DNA of 64,000 nt from Nitrosomonas sp. (GCA_020446045.1 JAGRFM010000074.1:7451-71450); one strand, 5' to 3'. Positions 41,898 through 52,900 are shown, counted from the first letter of the stretch. Notes: generated by a model not told the origin, from the letters alone. Translations and numbers: made by a program.

Positions 41898-43306
41898 TGA
41901 AGATTACTGTAGATTCCAGCTGGGTTAAAATATTCCGCATTTATGCACATCCTCGGGTATTGGGGATGTTGTCATTGGGTTTTTCAGCCGGACTACCATT
42001 ATTGCTCATTTTAGGAACGTTGTCATTTTGGTTGCGTGAAGCAGGCATTGATCGTACGACGATCGGTCATTTAAGCTGGATCGGTCTTGCGTATAGTTTT
42101 AAATGGTTATGGGCGCCATTAGTTGACCGCATGCCGTTGCCGGTGCTGACCCGGTTAATGGGCAGGCGGCGTGCCTGGTTGTTGCTTTCACAGATCGTTA
42201 TAGCATCAGCATTAGTCGGTATGGCGTGCACCGATCCCGTCATCAATCTTTCCCATATGGTTTTTTTCGCACTGGCTGTTGCTTTTGCGTCTGCAACACA
42301 GGATATCGCACTCGATGCGTATCGTATTGAAGCGGTAGCGCTGGAATTACAGGGTGCGATGGCGGCAACTTACCAGGCGGGATACCGGGTAGCTATGATA
42401 CTTGCATCGGCTGGTGTTTTGTGGATTGCTGCTGCGGTGGATTCCTCCGCTGCAACATACGATTATCTGCCGTGGCGATTTGCGTATTTTGTCATGGCGG
42501 GTTGCATGAGTGTTGGCATTATTACGACATTGATTATACGTGAGCCGGATGTGCCGGTAAACACATTGCAGTCGGAAAATGAACAATATGCACAACGGAT
42601 CGTGGCTACATGGCAAATATTTCCGTGGTTGGCAACATTTCTCGTATGGCTGTATGGTGCTTTGATCTCACCGTTCAGGGATTTTATTGTGCGCCATGGA
42701 AAGCAGGCTCTGCTGATACTTGCATTAATCGCTTTGTATCGCATTTCTGACGTGGTGATGGGGGTCATGAGTAACCCATTTTATGTCGACATGGGTTATA
42801 CGAAGGAAGAAGTAGCTGCTGTTTCAAAAGTTTACGGTGTTTTGATGACTATTTTGGGAGCAGCTATCGGTGGTTTGTTGATTGCAAGAATCGGGATAAT
42901 GAAAACACTGTTTATCGGTGCTGTTTTATCTGCTGCGACCAATCTTCTGTTTGTTTGGCTGGCAGGTCGCGGTCACGACGTAAGTGGTCTGGTGTTTACT
43001 ATATCGGCTGATAATCTGTCAGCCGGTATTGCTTCGAGTGCATTTATCGCTTATCTTTCTGGCCTGACTAATAAAGCTTATTCGGCAACCCAGTACGCGT
43101 TGTTCAGTTCGATTATGTTGTTGTTGCCAAAATTTGTAGCGGGTTTCAGTGGTCAGTTTGTCGATGCGTTTGGTTACGAAAGTTTTTTTATAGCAACAGC
43201 TTTACTTGGAATACCGGTATTAATACTGATTAAATTAGCCGGTTCAGCGTCATTTGAATCATCCCATTCAACGATTAATTCGGATAATAAATCGGATTCG
43301 ATGTGA
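41897..43306 (+). CDS. ampG: muropeptide permease AmpG (MFS)
   Basis: LGFSAGLP, FKWLWAPLVD, RRRAW, SATQDIALDAYRIE, YSATQYAL. Confidence 0.93.
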   Translation: MKITVDSSWVKIFRIYAHPRVLGMLSLGFSAGLPLLLILGTLSFWLREAGIDRTTIGHLSWIGLAYSFKWLWAPLVDRMPLPVLTRLMGRRRAWLLLSQIVIASALVGMACTDPVINLSHMVFFALAVAFASATQDIALDAYRIEAVALELQGAMAATYQAGYRVAMILASAGVLWIAAAVDSSAATYDYLPWRFAYFVMAGCMSVGIITTLIIREPDVPVNTLQSENEQYAQRIVATWQIFPWLATFLVWLYGALISPFRDFIVRHGKQALLILALIALYRISDVVMGVMSNPFYVDMGYTKEEVAAVSKVYGVLMTILGAAIGGLLIARIGIMKTLFIGAVLSAATNLLFVWLAGRGHDVSGLVFTISADNLSAGIASSAFIAYLSGLTNKAYSATQYALFSSIMLLLPKFVAGFSGQFVDAFGYESFFIATALLGIPVLILIKLAGSASFESSHSTINSDNKSDSM

Positions 43307-43325
43307 TTAGGGGGGGTTAACCCTA

Positions 43326-43591
43326 GGGGTTGTTCTCAATTAGTGAGCTGTTTCTGCTGGCACCCATTTTGGGCCTCAGCAAGGCAGAGTGAGCGTAGTG
43401 TAGTCGCTCTACATGAGTGAATGATAACGCTGCGGAGGACCAAAATGGTTCCAGCCCAATGGGTTGCCCCTGAAATGGGGCCATGCCTCGTTATTCGTCG
43501 CTTATTTGGAATAACCAAACCACGCTTCTCATGCCTTGCCTAGCACCATTTCAGGGACAACAGAAATAATTCACTAATTGAGAACAGCCCC
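43326..43591. mobile_element. MITE (~265 bp) with ~21-bp terminal inverted repeats at a CTAG site
   Basis: Left end GGGGTTGTTCTCAATTAGTGA; right end reverse complement GGGGCTGTTCTCAATTAGTGA; flanked by CTAG/TA on both sides; two long internal hairpin arms; no transposase. Confidence 0.85.
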
Positions 43592-44385
43592 TAGAATTCT
43601 TTTGTGAGCATTTCTTTGAGTTTTATCCTGACTTGCCGGTGGTGTTCAAAAATTTGATCGCAAATTTGGCCTGCAAGTTGCTGGTCATTATTATTACCAG
43701 CTATTTCCAGTCTATTACAAAGCTCTGATAAATGAAATGCGCCCATTGATAGAGCTGAGGATTTCAATTTGTGACCCTGGTTGCCCATTGATTTGATATC
43801 GTTACAGATTCTTGCTTGGTGTATTTCATTTAATGTTTCTTCCGCAACTTCTAAAAACTTCAAACTAAATATGCGGATTAACTGGGAATCATGATCGAAC
43901 ACATTTTTCAAAACATCGATATCAATCGGTGAAACAGCGTTTTCTTCATTAACCGGGTTGTTACAAGTATTTATACAAAAGTTGTTCCTGGATATCCATT
44001 TTGCAAGAATCTGGTATAGCAACTTGGGATTAACCGGTTTTGACATGAAATCATTCATCCCTGCGCGTAAGCAACTTTGGCGATGCTCCGGCGTTGCGTA
44101 AGCGGTTAAAGCAACAATAGGGATGTTTTGTAATTTTAAAATGTTTCGAATATGGTTTGTTGTTTCATATCCGTCCATAATGGGCATTTGTGTGTCCATT
44201 ATGATTAGATCAAAATTTTCGTTTGCCAGTCTATTTAAGGCTTGCTGGCCATTCTCGGCAGAGGTTATTTTAGTGCCAATGGATTCAAGGATATCGGCAA
44301 CAATCATTTGATTTATAGGATTGTCTTCAACAATTAGAATGGATGCACCATTAAGCTGTTTTTTTGACCAATCTAAATTTACCAT
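43591..44385 (-). CDS. receiver + HPt domain protein
   Basis: ILIVEDNPINQ, IIMDTQMPIMDG, FMSKP receiver; GHKLKSSALSMGA HPt motif. Confidence 0.9.
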   Translation of the reverse strand: MVNLDWSKKQLNGASILIVEDNPINQMIVADILESIGTKITSAENGQQALNRLANENFDLIIMDTQMPIMDGYETTNHIRNILKLQNIPIVALTAYATPEHRQSCLRAGMNDFMSKPVNPKLLYQILAKWISRNNFCINTCNNPVNEENAVSPIDIDVLKNVFDHDSQLIRIFSLKFLEVAEETLNEIHQARICNDIKSMGNQGHKLKSSALSMGAFHLSELCNRLEIAGNNNDQQLAGQICDQIFEHHRQVRIKLKEMLTKEF

Positions 44386-44708
44386 TTGTTTAGAAGCTCC
44401 TGTTCGATCTGTTTTACTGGCACACGTAAGTAGTAAAAGAACAACTATTTCCTGTAAAGCACGCTTTGCACACTGACAAACTCACTGAACCCGGCAATAT
44501 CAAATTGAAATAGCACTAGTATTCCATCATAAATGATATGATAAATAAACTTCTTGCTTGTAATTTATTAAATACGGTTATACAACTTTGTTTTTTGGTT
44601 ATTTTGATGTGTAAGCGACTTAATTATTATTCGGTTATCTAGAATGTCTAACGACCGAAATTACTCATTTTAAGGTATCTCTAAAAAATAAGCTTGAATC
44701 GGTAATTT

Positions 44709-45452
44709 ATGGCCAACTTCAATTTTTCTTTACAAAATAATCCTGAAATAGCGATCAGTGAGCAAGATGGTGTACGTCAGTTGCATTTGGGCGGATCAAT
44801 GATACAAAGTGCGATGCGGATAGACGCACCGAATGAATTGGAGTTGATCTATACACAATGCATGATGGGTTTTTTATTGTTTCATCCGCAACCCAAGCAT
44901 GTACTGATGATTGGCCTTGGTGGCGGTTCGTTGGCTAAGTTCGTTTATCGTTATCTACCAGAAACACGTGTAACCGTTGTCGAACCCTATTATCAGGTCA
45001 TTATGGCGGCATATCATTATTTTCAGGTTCCCAAAGATGATCCACGGCTCACTATCGTTCAGAGCGAAGGTGCGCAGTATGTTGCAGAAGAAAGCATTTC
45101 TGCGGATATCGTTATGGTTGATGGTTTTGATGATGACTATCAGGTTCAGTCGTTGTGCAGTCAGGGTTTTTATGATCAGATAAAACAGATTTTGAATAAG
45201 AACGGTATTTTGGTGGTTAATCTGTTAAGCCGTGATAAGCACCTTAAAACATTGCTGCAACGTATTGAAGTCTGTTTTGATGGCCACATCATTGCCATGA
45301 TGGCTGAAATCCGCGGCAATCTTATTGTGTTTGCTTTCAAGAACAATCCTGGCAAACTATCATGGAAAGTCATTCGAAAGCGCGCTCGGCAGCTTGAATT
45401 ACATTATCCTTTGCCATTTGCTCATTTTGTGACAAAGTTGCAGAAATACTAA
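44709..45452 (+). CDS. spermidine synthase-like SAM-dependent transferase
   Basis: VLMIGLGGGSL, VVE, DIVMVDGFD, GILVVNL. Confidence 0.8.
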   Translation: MANFNFSLQNNPEIAISEQDGVRQLHLGGSMIQSAMRIDAPNELELIYTQCMMGFLLFHPQPKHVLMIGLGGGSLAKFVYRYLPETRVTVVEPYYQVIMAAYHYFQVPKDDPRLTIVQSEGAQYVAEESISADIVMVDGFDDDYQVQSLCSQGFYDQIKQILNKNGILVVNLLSRDKHLKTLLQRIEVCFDGHIIAMMAEIRGNLIVFAFKNNPGKLSWKVIRKRARQLELHYPLPFAHFVTKLQKY

Positions 45453-45586
45453 TAACTGACAAATATCTAATTGATAAAGTATAAGTTGCATGTATTACGT
45501 ATATATAAGTACTGTAATGCATACTTACAATATGATAAAGTAACACCTTTTAATTTAGCAGTTTATAAACACTAGAAAACATAATT

Positions 45587-45787
45587 ATGGATTATAGTTA
45601 CGAATCAGATCATACAAAATTCATGCGTGAATTTTTGGAAAAAAACCCGAATATTCAAGATAAAAGGTTGGCGGCACGTAGTGTTTGGTGGGATAAGGAT
45701 ATTGACCGGGATGAGCAAAAACGCTTCAATGAGGTTACAGTGCCGCATAAACCTTATGCTTATTTTGGCGCGCAATCAGACGATTGA
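45587..45787 (+). CDS. DUF3460-family small protein
   Basis: YESDHTKFMREFL..NP, R..WWDK and VPHKPY.Y are typical of this betaproteobacterial family. Confidence 0.8.
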   Translation: MDYSYESDHTKFMREFLEKNPNIQDKRLAARSVWWDKDIDRDEQKRFNEVTVPHKPYAYFGAQSDD

Positions 45788-45897
45788 GCAGTGAAGAACT
45801 TTGGTTTTAGCTTCTTTTCTTTTTCGCTGGCAAGATGGAAGTGATTCTTTTCGCGCCAAAAGCGCTTAAAAGGCATTTCAGTCACACTTAAATGGAA

Positions 45898-45913
45898 TGT
45901 TTCACGTGAAACA
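45898..45913. promoter_or_regulatory. parS centromere site
   Basis: Perfect TGTTTCACGTGAAACA inside a 32-bp perfect palindrome (45890-45921), upstream of mnmG-rsmG-parA-parB. Confidence 0.93.
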
Positions 45914-45974
45914 TTCCATTTCTCCAAATAATTAAATTAAACACGATACCTGTTATGCGGTTTTTGATACGGCC

Positions 45975-47885
45975 ATGAGCGGACAACGCTACGATATTAT
46001 TGTGGTTGGAGGTGGCCATGCAGGAACTGAAGCTGCATTGGCGTCGGCGCGTATGGGTTGTAAAACACTGTTGCTGACGCATAATGTAGAAACCATCGGA
46101 CAAATGTCATGCAATCCGTCTATTGGTGGCATAGGAAAAAGCCATCTGGTAAGAGAAATAGATGCTTTAGGTGGCGTAATGGGTCTTGCTACAGATGAGG
46201 CGGGAATACAATTTCGTGTTTTGAATTCCAGCAAAGGACCGGCCGTACGTGCAACCCGCGCACAAGCCGACAGGGTTTTGTATCGTCAGGCCATACGCAA
46301 ACGAATCGAAGGCGAGAAGAATTTGCGAGTAATTCAACAAGCCGTGGATGACTTGCTTGTTAATCAAGGCCACGTATCCGGTGTGGTGACCCAGCTCGGT
46401 ATTCGGTTTTATGCGCAGGCTGTCGTGTTAACCGTCGGTACGTTTCTGGCAGGGCTGGCGCATATCGGTAAAGCACATTTTAAGGCTGGTCGGGCAGGTG
46501 ATCCGCCATCGATTACATTGGCCCAACATTTAAATGACATGAAATTTCCGGTGGGTCGATTGAAAACCGGAACGCCGCCAAGAATCGATGGTCGTAGCCT
46601 TGATTACAGTAAACTGAAAAAACAGCCCGGTGATCAGCCTACGCCAATTGTTTCATTCATGGGGCATACAGTTAAACATCCACGCCAAGTATCTTGTTGG
46701 ATTACCCATACCAACCCGCTAACGCATGAAATTATCAATGAAGGATTGTCCGAATCGCCATTGTATGCCGGAGTGATCGAAGGGGTTGGCCCGCGCTATT
46801 GTCCGTCGATTGAGGATAAAGTTGTACGTTTTGCCAGTAGGGAAAGTCATTCCATTTTTCTGGAACCGGAAGGACTGGAAACGAATGAAATCTATCCAAA
46901 TGGAATTTCAACGAGCCTGCCGTATGAATACCAGATTAGACTGGTGCAATCGATAGCCGGCCTTGAAAATGCGCATATCACCCGACCGGGATATGCTATA
47001 GAATATAACTATTTCGATCCCAGAAATCTAAAGCGTTCACTGGAAACCAAAACGATTAGCGGCCTGTTTTTCGCCGGACAAATCAATGGCACGACGGGAT
47101 ACGAAGAGGCGGCGGCACAGGGTTTGCTGGCAGGTATCAATGCAGCGTTACTCGTGCAGCAAAAGGAAAGCTGGTGCCCGCTCAGAAATGAAGCGTATAT
47201 CGGTGTGCTGGTTGATGATCTGATTACCGCGGGAGTGACCGAGCCTTACCGTATGTTTACCAGCCGGGCGGAATATCGTTTGCAATTGAGGGAAGACAAT
47301 GCTGATCAGCGTCTGACTGAAACGGGCAGAAAGCTTGGCTTGGTTGACGATGAGCGATGGATATTTTTCACAGAAAAGTGTGAAGCCATTGAGAAGGAAC
47401 AAAAACGGCTCGACAATATTCGGGTTTTTCCCGGTACGGTCGATGAAAGTCTCCAGATCAAGATTCTTGGTAAAACTATCGAACGAGAATATACCTTGAC
47501 GGAATTGTTGCGCAGGCCCAACGTAGCCTATGCTGATCTGCAAACATTGTGTGGTGCGGAATCAAATGCTGCTCCGGGCTATATTGCAGAACAGATTGAA
47601 ATTCAAACCAAGTATCATGGCTATATCAAGCGACAGCAGGAAGAAATTTTACGGCAATCACAACATGAGACAACGTTGCTGCCGATTGATATCGATTACT
47701 GCAGGGTAAAAGGCCTTTCCAATGAGGTGCAACAAAAACTGAACGAGCATAAACCTGAAACAATCGGTCAGGCTGGCAGAATTTCTGGCGTCACACCTGC
47801 AGCGATTTCTTTGTTGCTGGTTCATCTCAAGCGAGGCTTGAGTGGTGTGGAAAATACAGATATTGATAAGAAACAACATGCATGA
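45975..47885 (+). CDS. mnmG: tRNA uridine-5-carboxymethylaminomethyl modification enzyme
   Basis: [57 protein letters not shown]. Confidence 0.99.
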   Translation: MSGQRYDIIVVGGGHAGTEAALASARMGCKTLLLTHNVETIGQMSCNPSIGGIGKSHLVREIDALGGVMGLATDEAGIQFRVLNSSKGPAVRATRAQADRVLYRQAIRKRIEGEKNLRVIQQAVDDLLVNQGHVSGVVTQLGIRFYAQAVVLTVGTFLAGLAHIGKAHFKAGRAGDPPSITLAQHLNDMKFPVGRLKTGTPPRIDGRSLDYSKLKKQPGDQPTPIVSFMGHTVKHPRQVSCWITHTNPLTHEIINEGLSESPLYAGVIEGVGPRYCPSIEDKVVRFASRESHSIFLEPEGLETNEIYPNGISTSLPYEYQIRLVQSIAGLENAHITRPGYAIEYNYFDPRNLKRSLETKTISGLFFAGQINGTTGYEEAAAQGLLAGINAALLVQQKESWCPLRNEAYIGVLVDDLITAGVTEPYRMFTSRAEYRLQLREDNADQRLTETGRKLGLVDDERWIFFTEKCEAIEKEQKRLDNIRVFPGTVDESLQIKILGKTIEREYTLTELLRRPNVAYADLQTLCGAESNAAPGYIAEQIEIQTKYHGYIKRQQEEILRQSQHETTLLPIDIDYCRVKGLSNEVQQKLNEHKPETIGQAGRISGVTPAAISLLLVHLKRGLSGVENTDIDKKQHA

Positions 47886-48556
47886 ACCCTATTGATTCAG
47901 TCAAACATAGCCTGGCCGTGTTAGAGCAATCAGGCTTTACACTGGATACAAAAAAGCAGGAACAAATCGTTCAATATTTAATGCTGTTGGCGAAATGGAA
48001 CAAACATTATAATTTGACTGCGATTGAGACTATCGAGGAAATGTTTTTCCAGCATGTGATGGACAGTCTGTCGATTGTTAATTATCTTAATGGATCACGA
48101 ATAATCGATGTAGGTACGGGCGCAGGCTTGCCTGGTATTGTGCTTGCCATTGTACGACCGGATTGGCAGATCACATTGATTGACAGCAATCAAAAAAAAA
48201 CGGCATTTCAACAACAGGTCAAAATAGAGCTGGCACTGAATAATATTACAGTTGTTACCGGACGTGTAGAAAACGTGGATGTAAATGTAGATGTTAATGG
48301 CTCCGTCCAAACCATTGTTTCGCGGGCTTATGCGAGCCTGGGGCTTTTTATAAAAACGACGCAGCATTTGGCTGGCAAACAAAGCGAACCGTGTCGCTGG
48401 ATAGCGATGAAAGGGTGTTGTACGCAACAGGAACTTGATGAAGTCATGAGCCCTTATTGCATTGAAAAAAGAATATCGTTAACCGTATCGGGGCTTTCAG
48501 CAAAAAGGGAACTGATTGTCATCAAAAAAATGGACATGCATGAAAAACCGGAATGA
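47882..48556 (+). CDS. rsmG: 16S rRNA m7G527 methyltransferase
   Basis: [29 protein letters not shown]. Confidence 0.96.
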   Translation: MNPIDSVKHSLAVLEQSGFTLDTKKQEQIVQYLMLLAKWNKHYNLTAIETIEEMFFQHVMDSLSIVNYLNGSRIIDVGTGAGLPGIVLAIVRPDWQITLIDSNQKKTAFQQQVKIELALNNITVVTGRVENVDVNVDVNGSVQTIVSRAYASLGLFIKTTQHLAGKQSEPCRWIAMKGCCTQQELDEVMSPYCIEKRISLTVSGLSAKRELIVIKKMDMHEKPE

Positions 48557-49329
48557 TAGGAGCAATTAGCTTGGCAAAAATTCTGGCAGTCACCAATCAA
48601 AAAGGCGGTGTTGGCAAAACAACGACGAGTGTCAATCTAGCGGCAAGCCTGGCAAATGCAGGTAAACGCGTGTTATTGATCGATCTTGATCCGCAGGCGA
48701 ATGCGACGATGGGAAGCGGGACGAACAAGCATGAGATAACCGAGACGATTTATCATGTTTTACTTGGGGAGTTATCGATAAAAACCGTGCGGGTCAGCAA
48801 TTTGCAGAGTAAATACGATCTGATTCCCGCCAACCGCGATCTTGCAGGTGCTGAAGTTGAAATGGTAGAACTTTCCCAGCGGGAAATTCGTTTGAAAGCG
48901 GCGCTGCTTGAGATTATTGAAGATTATCAATATATTATCATCGACTGCCCGCCTGCGCTTAATCTATTGACGCTAAATGCGCTATGCGCCGCACATGCAG
49001 TCATGATACCGATGCAATGTGAGTATTATGCGCTTGAAGGGCTGAGTGACTTAGTGAATACCATTAAAAAAGTTCGCGCAAATTTTAATCCGAACCTGCG
49101 TATCGAAGGTTTACTGCGCACCATGTTTGATCCACGCAATATTTTAGCGCAACAGGTATCGGAACAGTTGCAACGGCATTTTGGCGATAAGGTATACCGT
49201 ACGGTTATTCCAAGAAATGTCCGGCTGGCGGAAGCACCGGGATTTGGTCTTCCGGTACTCTATCACGACCGCCAGTCAAAAGGCGCCCAGGCTTATCTGG
49301 AGCTTGCCCGTGAGGTTCTTAGCGCCTGA
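48553..49329 (+). CDS. parA: chromosome partitioning ATPase
   Basis: NQKGGVGKTTT, DLDPQANAT, DCPP, QCEYYALEGL, IPRNVRLAEAP. Confidence 0.97.
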   Translation: MIGAISLAKILAVTNQKGGVGKTTTSVNLAASLANAGKRVLLIDLDPQANATMGSGTNKHEITETIYHVLLGELSIKTVRVSNLQSKYDLIPANRDLAGAEVEMVELSQREIRLKAALLEIIEDYQYIIIDCPPALNLLTLNALCAAHAVMIPMQCEYYALEGLSDLVNTIKKVRANFNPNLRIEGLLRTMFDPRNILAQQVSEQLQRHFGDKVYRTVIPRNVRLAEAPGFGLPVLYHDRQSKGAQAYLELAREVLSA

Positions 49330-49347
49330 TTATACAAGGAAAATAAA

Positions 49348-50202
49348 ATGGTAAAGCTAAAAGGCCTGGGGCGCGGATTGGATGCGCTGTTATCAGGGAA
49401 TGACGATGCAACAACGCCGGCTGCCGATAGATTGCAAAAACTGGAGATTTCGTTATTAAAACCCGGTAAATACCAGCCGCGTAGTAATATGAATCAGGAA
49501 AGCCTGGCAGAACTGGCGGAATCCATCAAAACACAAGGTATCATGCAACCCATTCTGGTCCGTGCGATCGGTGTGGATAATTACGAAATTATCGCCGGAG
49601 AACGACGCTGGCGCGCCGCGCAATTGGCCGGTATGGCCGAAGTGCCGGCAATTATCCGTGAAGTGGCCGATGATGCGGCACTTGCCATATCGTTGATTGA
49701 AAATATTCAGCGAGAAGATTTGAATCCGCTTGAAGAAGCTATGGGAATTCAGCGCCTTATCAACGAATTTGGAATGACGCATCAAAGTGCGGCCGATGCA
49801 TTGGGCAGTTCCCGCAGTGCGGTGTCCAACCTGTTACGCCTGCTTAATCTGACGGAATCGGTGCAAGACTTGATGATGCAAGGCAAGATAGAAATGGGCC
49901 ATGGCCGTGCATTGTTGGTTCTTGAGCCCGCCAAACAGATTCAGATTGCGAATAGGATTGTTTTAAATCGCTTGTCAGTGCGAGAAACGGAGAAAATAAT
50001 TCAGCAACAAACAAAGCCGGTAAAACAGACTCAAAAAAGTAAAGGCGGGAAAACAGATCGCGATATTTTGGCTTTGCAGGAATCGGTTTCAGAACGGATA
50101 GGGACGCAGGTTACCATCAAATCCAAAAAAAATGGTCAGGGCAGTATCATCATACATTACTCAAATCTCGATCAGCTCGATGATATACTGAACAGGTTTT
50201 AA
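49348..50202 (+). CDS. parB: chromosome partitioning protein ParB
   Basis: GLGRGLDALL, QPR, IAGERRWRAA, LIENIQREDLNPLEEA. Confidence 0.97.
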   Translation: MVKLKGLGRGLDALLSGNDDATTPAADRLQKLEISLLKPGKYQPRSNMNQESLAELAESIKTQGIMQPILVRAIGVDNYEIIAGERRWRAAQLAGMAEVPAIIREVADDAALAISLIENIQREDLNPLEEAMGIQRLINEFGMTHQSAADALGSSRSAVSNLLRLLNLTESVQDLMMQGKIEMGHGRALLVLEPAKQIQIANRIVLNRLSVRETEKIIQQQTKPVKQTQKSKGGKTDRDILALQESVSERIGTQVTIKSKKNGQGSIIIHYSNLDQLDDILNRF

Positions 50203-50230
50203 ATACAGAATTTGAATAATTAGGAAGGTT

Positions 50231-50413
50231 ATGGATACAAAATTACTCGATATCCTGGTCTGCCCGCTATGTAAAGGGCCTTTGTTATATAAAAAACAGG
50301 ATAGTGAATTGATATGCAAGCCGGATCGCCTGGCTTTTTCAATAAAAGACGGTATTCCGATCATGTTGGAAGAGGAAGCACGCAGAATACCGGACGATGT
50401 TGAAATCAGCTAA
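50231..50413 (+). CDS. Trm112/YcaR-family protein
   Basis: [14 protein letters not shown]...LIC...[10 protein letters not shown]. Confidence 0.93.
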   Translation: MDTKLLDILVCPLCKGPLLYKKQDSELICKPDRLAFSIKDGIPIMLEEEARRIPDDVEIS

Positions 50414-50469
50414 TCAATTCAACGTATCCGTCTTATTTCTACCGAACTAAAATCAAAATAAGCTTCACA

Positions 50470-51447
50470 ATGAATACTACTGTCAAACTTATGCCACGCG
50501 TTACGGCGATTATGGGTGCACTGGTGGCCGATTCAGCCGCGTTGGGTTTACACTGGCTGTACGACCCGGAACGAATAGCACATCTAGCAAAAACCAAAGA
50601 AATCGTTTTCTTAACACCCAATCCGAAAGACTATGCCGATGCGAAAGGATTTTTTGCACATGGCAACAAAATAGCAGGCGATTCATCCGGTTATGGGGAA
50701 ATCTGTTTGCTGATGTTGAAACATTTTGCTGCACATGGAGAGTTCAATCGCATAGCGTATCAAACCGAGTTTCGCAGCCTGTTTGGTCCGGGTGGGACAT
50801 ATAGCGGCTATGTTGATTCGCCGACACGTCAAACGCTGCTGAAACTGATCCCGTCGACACCTGAGGATTTTCCCGAAATTTCGGGTGCGGATGACGATCA
50901 ATTTGCTGCTTTGGCAGCGATGCCCATCGTGGTGGTTACGCACCACGGAACCCTGGATACGTTGATGGCGAAAATTGAACAGGTCGTACGGATAACCAAC
51001 GATAACCAAGTAGCTATTGCTGCTGCGCAGTATGCATCAGCCGTGCTGTTTGACTTACTTGGCGGTGTGCCGGTACAAAAGGCGTTGGAGCAATCACTGC
51101 CCTATGCTGGAGCGCAATTAACACCCTTGTTGAAAGAATCCCTTGCGATGGAAGCGTTGGATAGCGTCAAAGTGGCGCAGCGCTTTGGGTCGGCTTGTCA
51201 TGTTTTAGAAGGATTGCCAGTAATCGCGCATATTGCGCAGCATGCGACAAGTTACCGTGAAGCTGTTGAAGCCAATATCCGTGCTGGAGGCGATAGTTGC
51301 GGCCGCGCCATTATGCTGGGCGCGATAGCTGCGGCAAGTGCCGAACAGCATGGTGAAGCCAGTGCAGTCATTCCGCTATCCTGGTTGGCAAAATATAACA
51401 AATTGGCGGATGCAGCCGGAGCGGTTGAGCGAATTGAGTCTATTTAA
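50470..51447 (+). CDS. ADP-ribosylglycohydrolase-fold protein
   Basis: GALVADSAALGLHWLYD N-terminus, GADDDQ, NIRAGGDSCGRA..LGA. Confidence 0.75.
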   Translation: MNTTVKLMPRVTAIMGALVADSAALGLHWLYDPERIAHLAKTKEIVFLTPNPKDYADAKGFFAHGNKIAGDSSGYGEICLLMLKHFAAHGEFNRIAYQTEFRSLFGPGGTYSGYVDSPTRQTLLKLIPSTPEDFPEISGADDDQFAALAAMPIVVVTHHGTLDTLMAKIEQVVRITNDNQVAIAAAQYASAVLFDLLGGVPVQKALEQSLPYAGAQLTPLLKESLAMEALDSVKVAQRFGSACHVLEGLPVIAHIAQHATSYREAVEANIRAGGDSCGRAIMLGAIAAASAEQHGEASAVIPLSWLAKYNKLADAAGAVERIESI

Positions 51448-51465
51448 AAGACAAGAATCTTTTAA

Positions 51466-51688
51466 CCTAAAAACCTCAGTTGACCGTTAGAAAGAAGTAC
51501 AAACTTGATGAAAAAAATATAAATTTCAGGAAAATTCCTTAACCTGAATGGTGAGCAACACTATGCTATTTATAGCACATTGTTTTTTAATTTTGTGGTG
51601 TTGCAATTCGTTGTAATAACTTGTAATTACGCCTTGCCAAAAATAAAAAACAAGGCACTCTAAATACCATCCAACTGAGGTTTTTAGG
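51466..51688. mobile_element. MITE copy A (223 bp)
   Basis: Ends CCTAAAAACCTCAGTTG...CAACTGAGGTTTTTAGG; homologous along its length to the reverse complement of 55101-55334. Confidence 0.9.
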
Positions 51689-51917
51689 TTTAAATTTTAT
51701 CCAATTATTTAACCTGAATGCTTTAAAAACGGCATGAATAGAATCACATAGCAACAAATGCTATAATCTTGCGTTTAATAGTTTTTTAAAAATTAAAAAG
51801 AGATTTGCTGAATCCTGAATTGATCGCGTCAGTACATGCAGGTTTGAAACAATAAGATAGATACTTAATGCTGCGCTGCTTGAGGATTCACTTTATATAA
51901 ATTTTCATGGAGGGAAA

Positions 51918-52865
51918 ATGAGTCACACGCTATACGAAACAAAAGTTCAACGGGTACAACGCTGTGAGCTGGCGGTTCCAGGATCAAGCCCGGAGATGTT
52001 TGAAAAAGCATTAAAAAGCGGTGTGGATTTCGTTTTCCTGGATTTAGAGGATGCCGTAGCACCGGATGATAAGCTGCAGGCCAGGAAGAATGTCATACAA
52101 GCGCTCAATGATCTCGATTGGAAAGGCCATGGCATTACCGTATCGGTTCGGATCAACGGACTGGATACGCAATATATGGTACGTGATGTCGTCGATCTGG
52201 TTGAACAGGCTGGATCGAAAATTGATACGTTGTTAATACCAAAAGCGGGTGTTTATGCGGATATTTACATGGTTGAATCCATGGTCAATCAACTCGAAAT
52301 GCAGCAGGGATTGAAAAACAGGATTGGGCTTGAAGCGTTGATCGAAACGGCACTGGGTATGGCTAATGTTGAGGATATTGCGATCAACGGTTCGCGTGGA
52401 AGGCTGGAAGCATTGCATTTTGGTGTTGCGGATTATGCCGCCAGCAATCGCGCCAGAACAGTCAACATCGGTGGACTCAATCCGGATTATCCCGGTGATC
52501 AATGGCATTTTGCGATCAGCCGCATGACAGTCGCTTGCCGTGCTTATGGATTAAGGCCTATTGACGGCCCGTTTGGCGATATCAAAGATCCCGATGGATA
52601 TAAACTAGCTGCACGGCGCGCAGCTGCGCTGGGATGCGAAGGCAAATGGGCGATACATCCTACGCAGATTACGCTGGCCAACGAAGTGTTTACCCCACCA
52701 CCGGCCGAAGTTGAGAAAGCCAAGCGCATCCTGCAAGCATTGAAAGATGCTGCGGCACAGGGTAAAGGCGCTGCTGCATTGGACGGGCGCTTAATCGATG
52801 CGGCATCGGAGAGAATGGCGAATAATGTGGTGAGGATTGCGGATGCAATAGCCGCCAAACAATAA
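51918..52865 (+). CDS. mcl: malyl-CoA lyase (CitE-like)
   Basis: RCELAVPGS, LDLEDAVAPDDK.QARKN.IQALNDLDW, RINGLDT.YM.RDVVD, IETALGMANVE and FGVADYAAS match Methylobacterium-type Mcl as recalled; GGAGG RBS. Confidence 0.88.
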   Translation: MSHTLYETKVQRVQRCELAVPGSSPEMFEKALKSGVDFVFLDLEDAVAPDDKLQARKNVIQALNDLDWKGHGITVSVRINGLDTQYMVRDVVDLVEQAGSKIDTLLIPKAGVYADIYMVESMVNQLEMQQGLKNRIGLEALIETALGMANVEDIAINGSRGRLEALHFGVADYAASNRARTVNIGGLNPDYPGDQWHFAISRMTVACRAYGLRPIDGPFGDIKDPDGYKLAARRAAALGCEGKWAIHPTQITLANEVFTPPPAEVEKAKRILQALKDAAAQGKGAAALDGRLIDAASERMANNVVRIADAIAAKQ

Positions 52866-52874
52866 ATTTATGTC

Positions 52875-52900
52875 AAAGGCCGCAACATGCGGCCTTTTTT
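52875..52900 (+). terminator. Rho-independent terminator after mcl
   Basis: AAAGGCCGCA-aca-TGCGGCCTTT followed by a T run. Confidence 0.85.
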
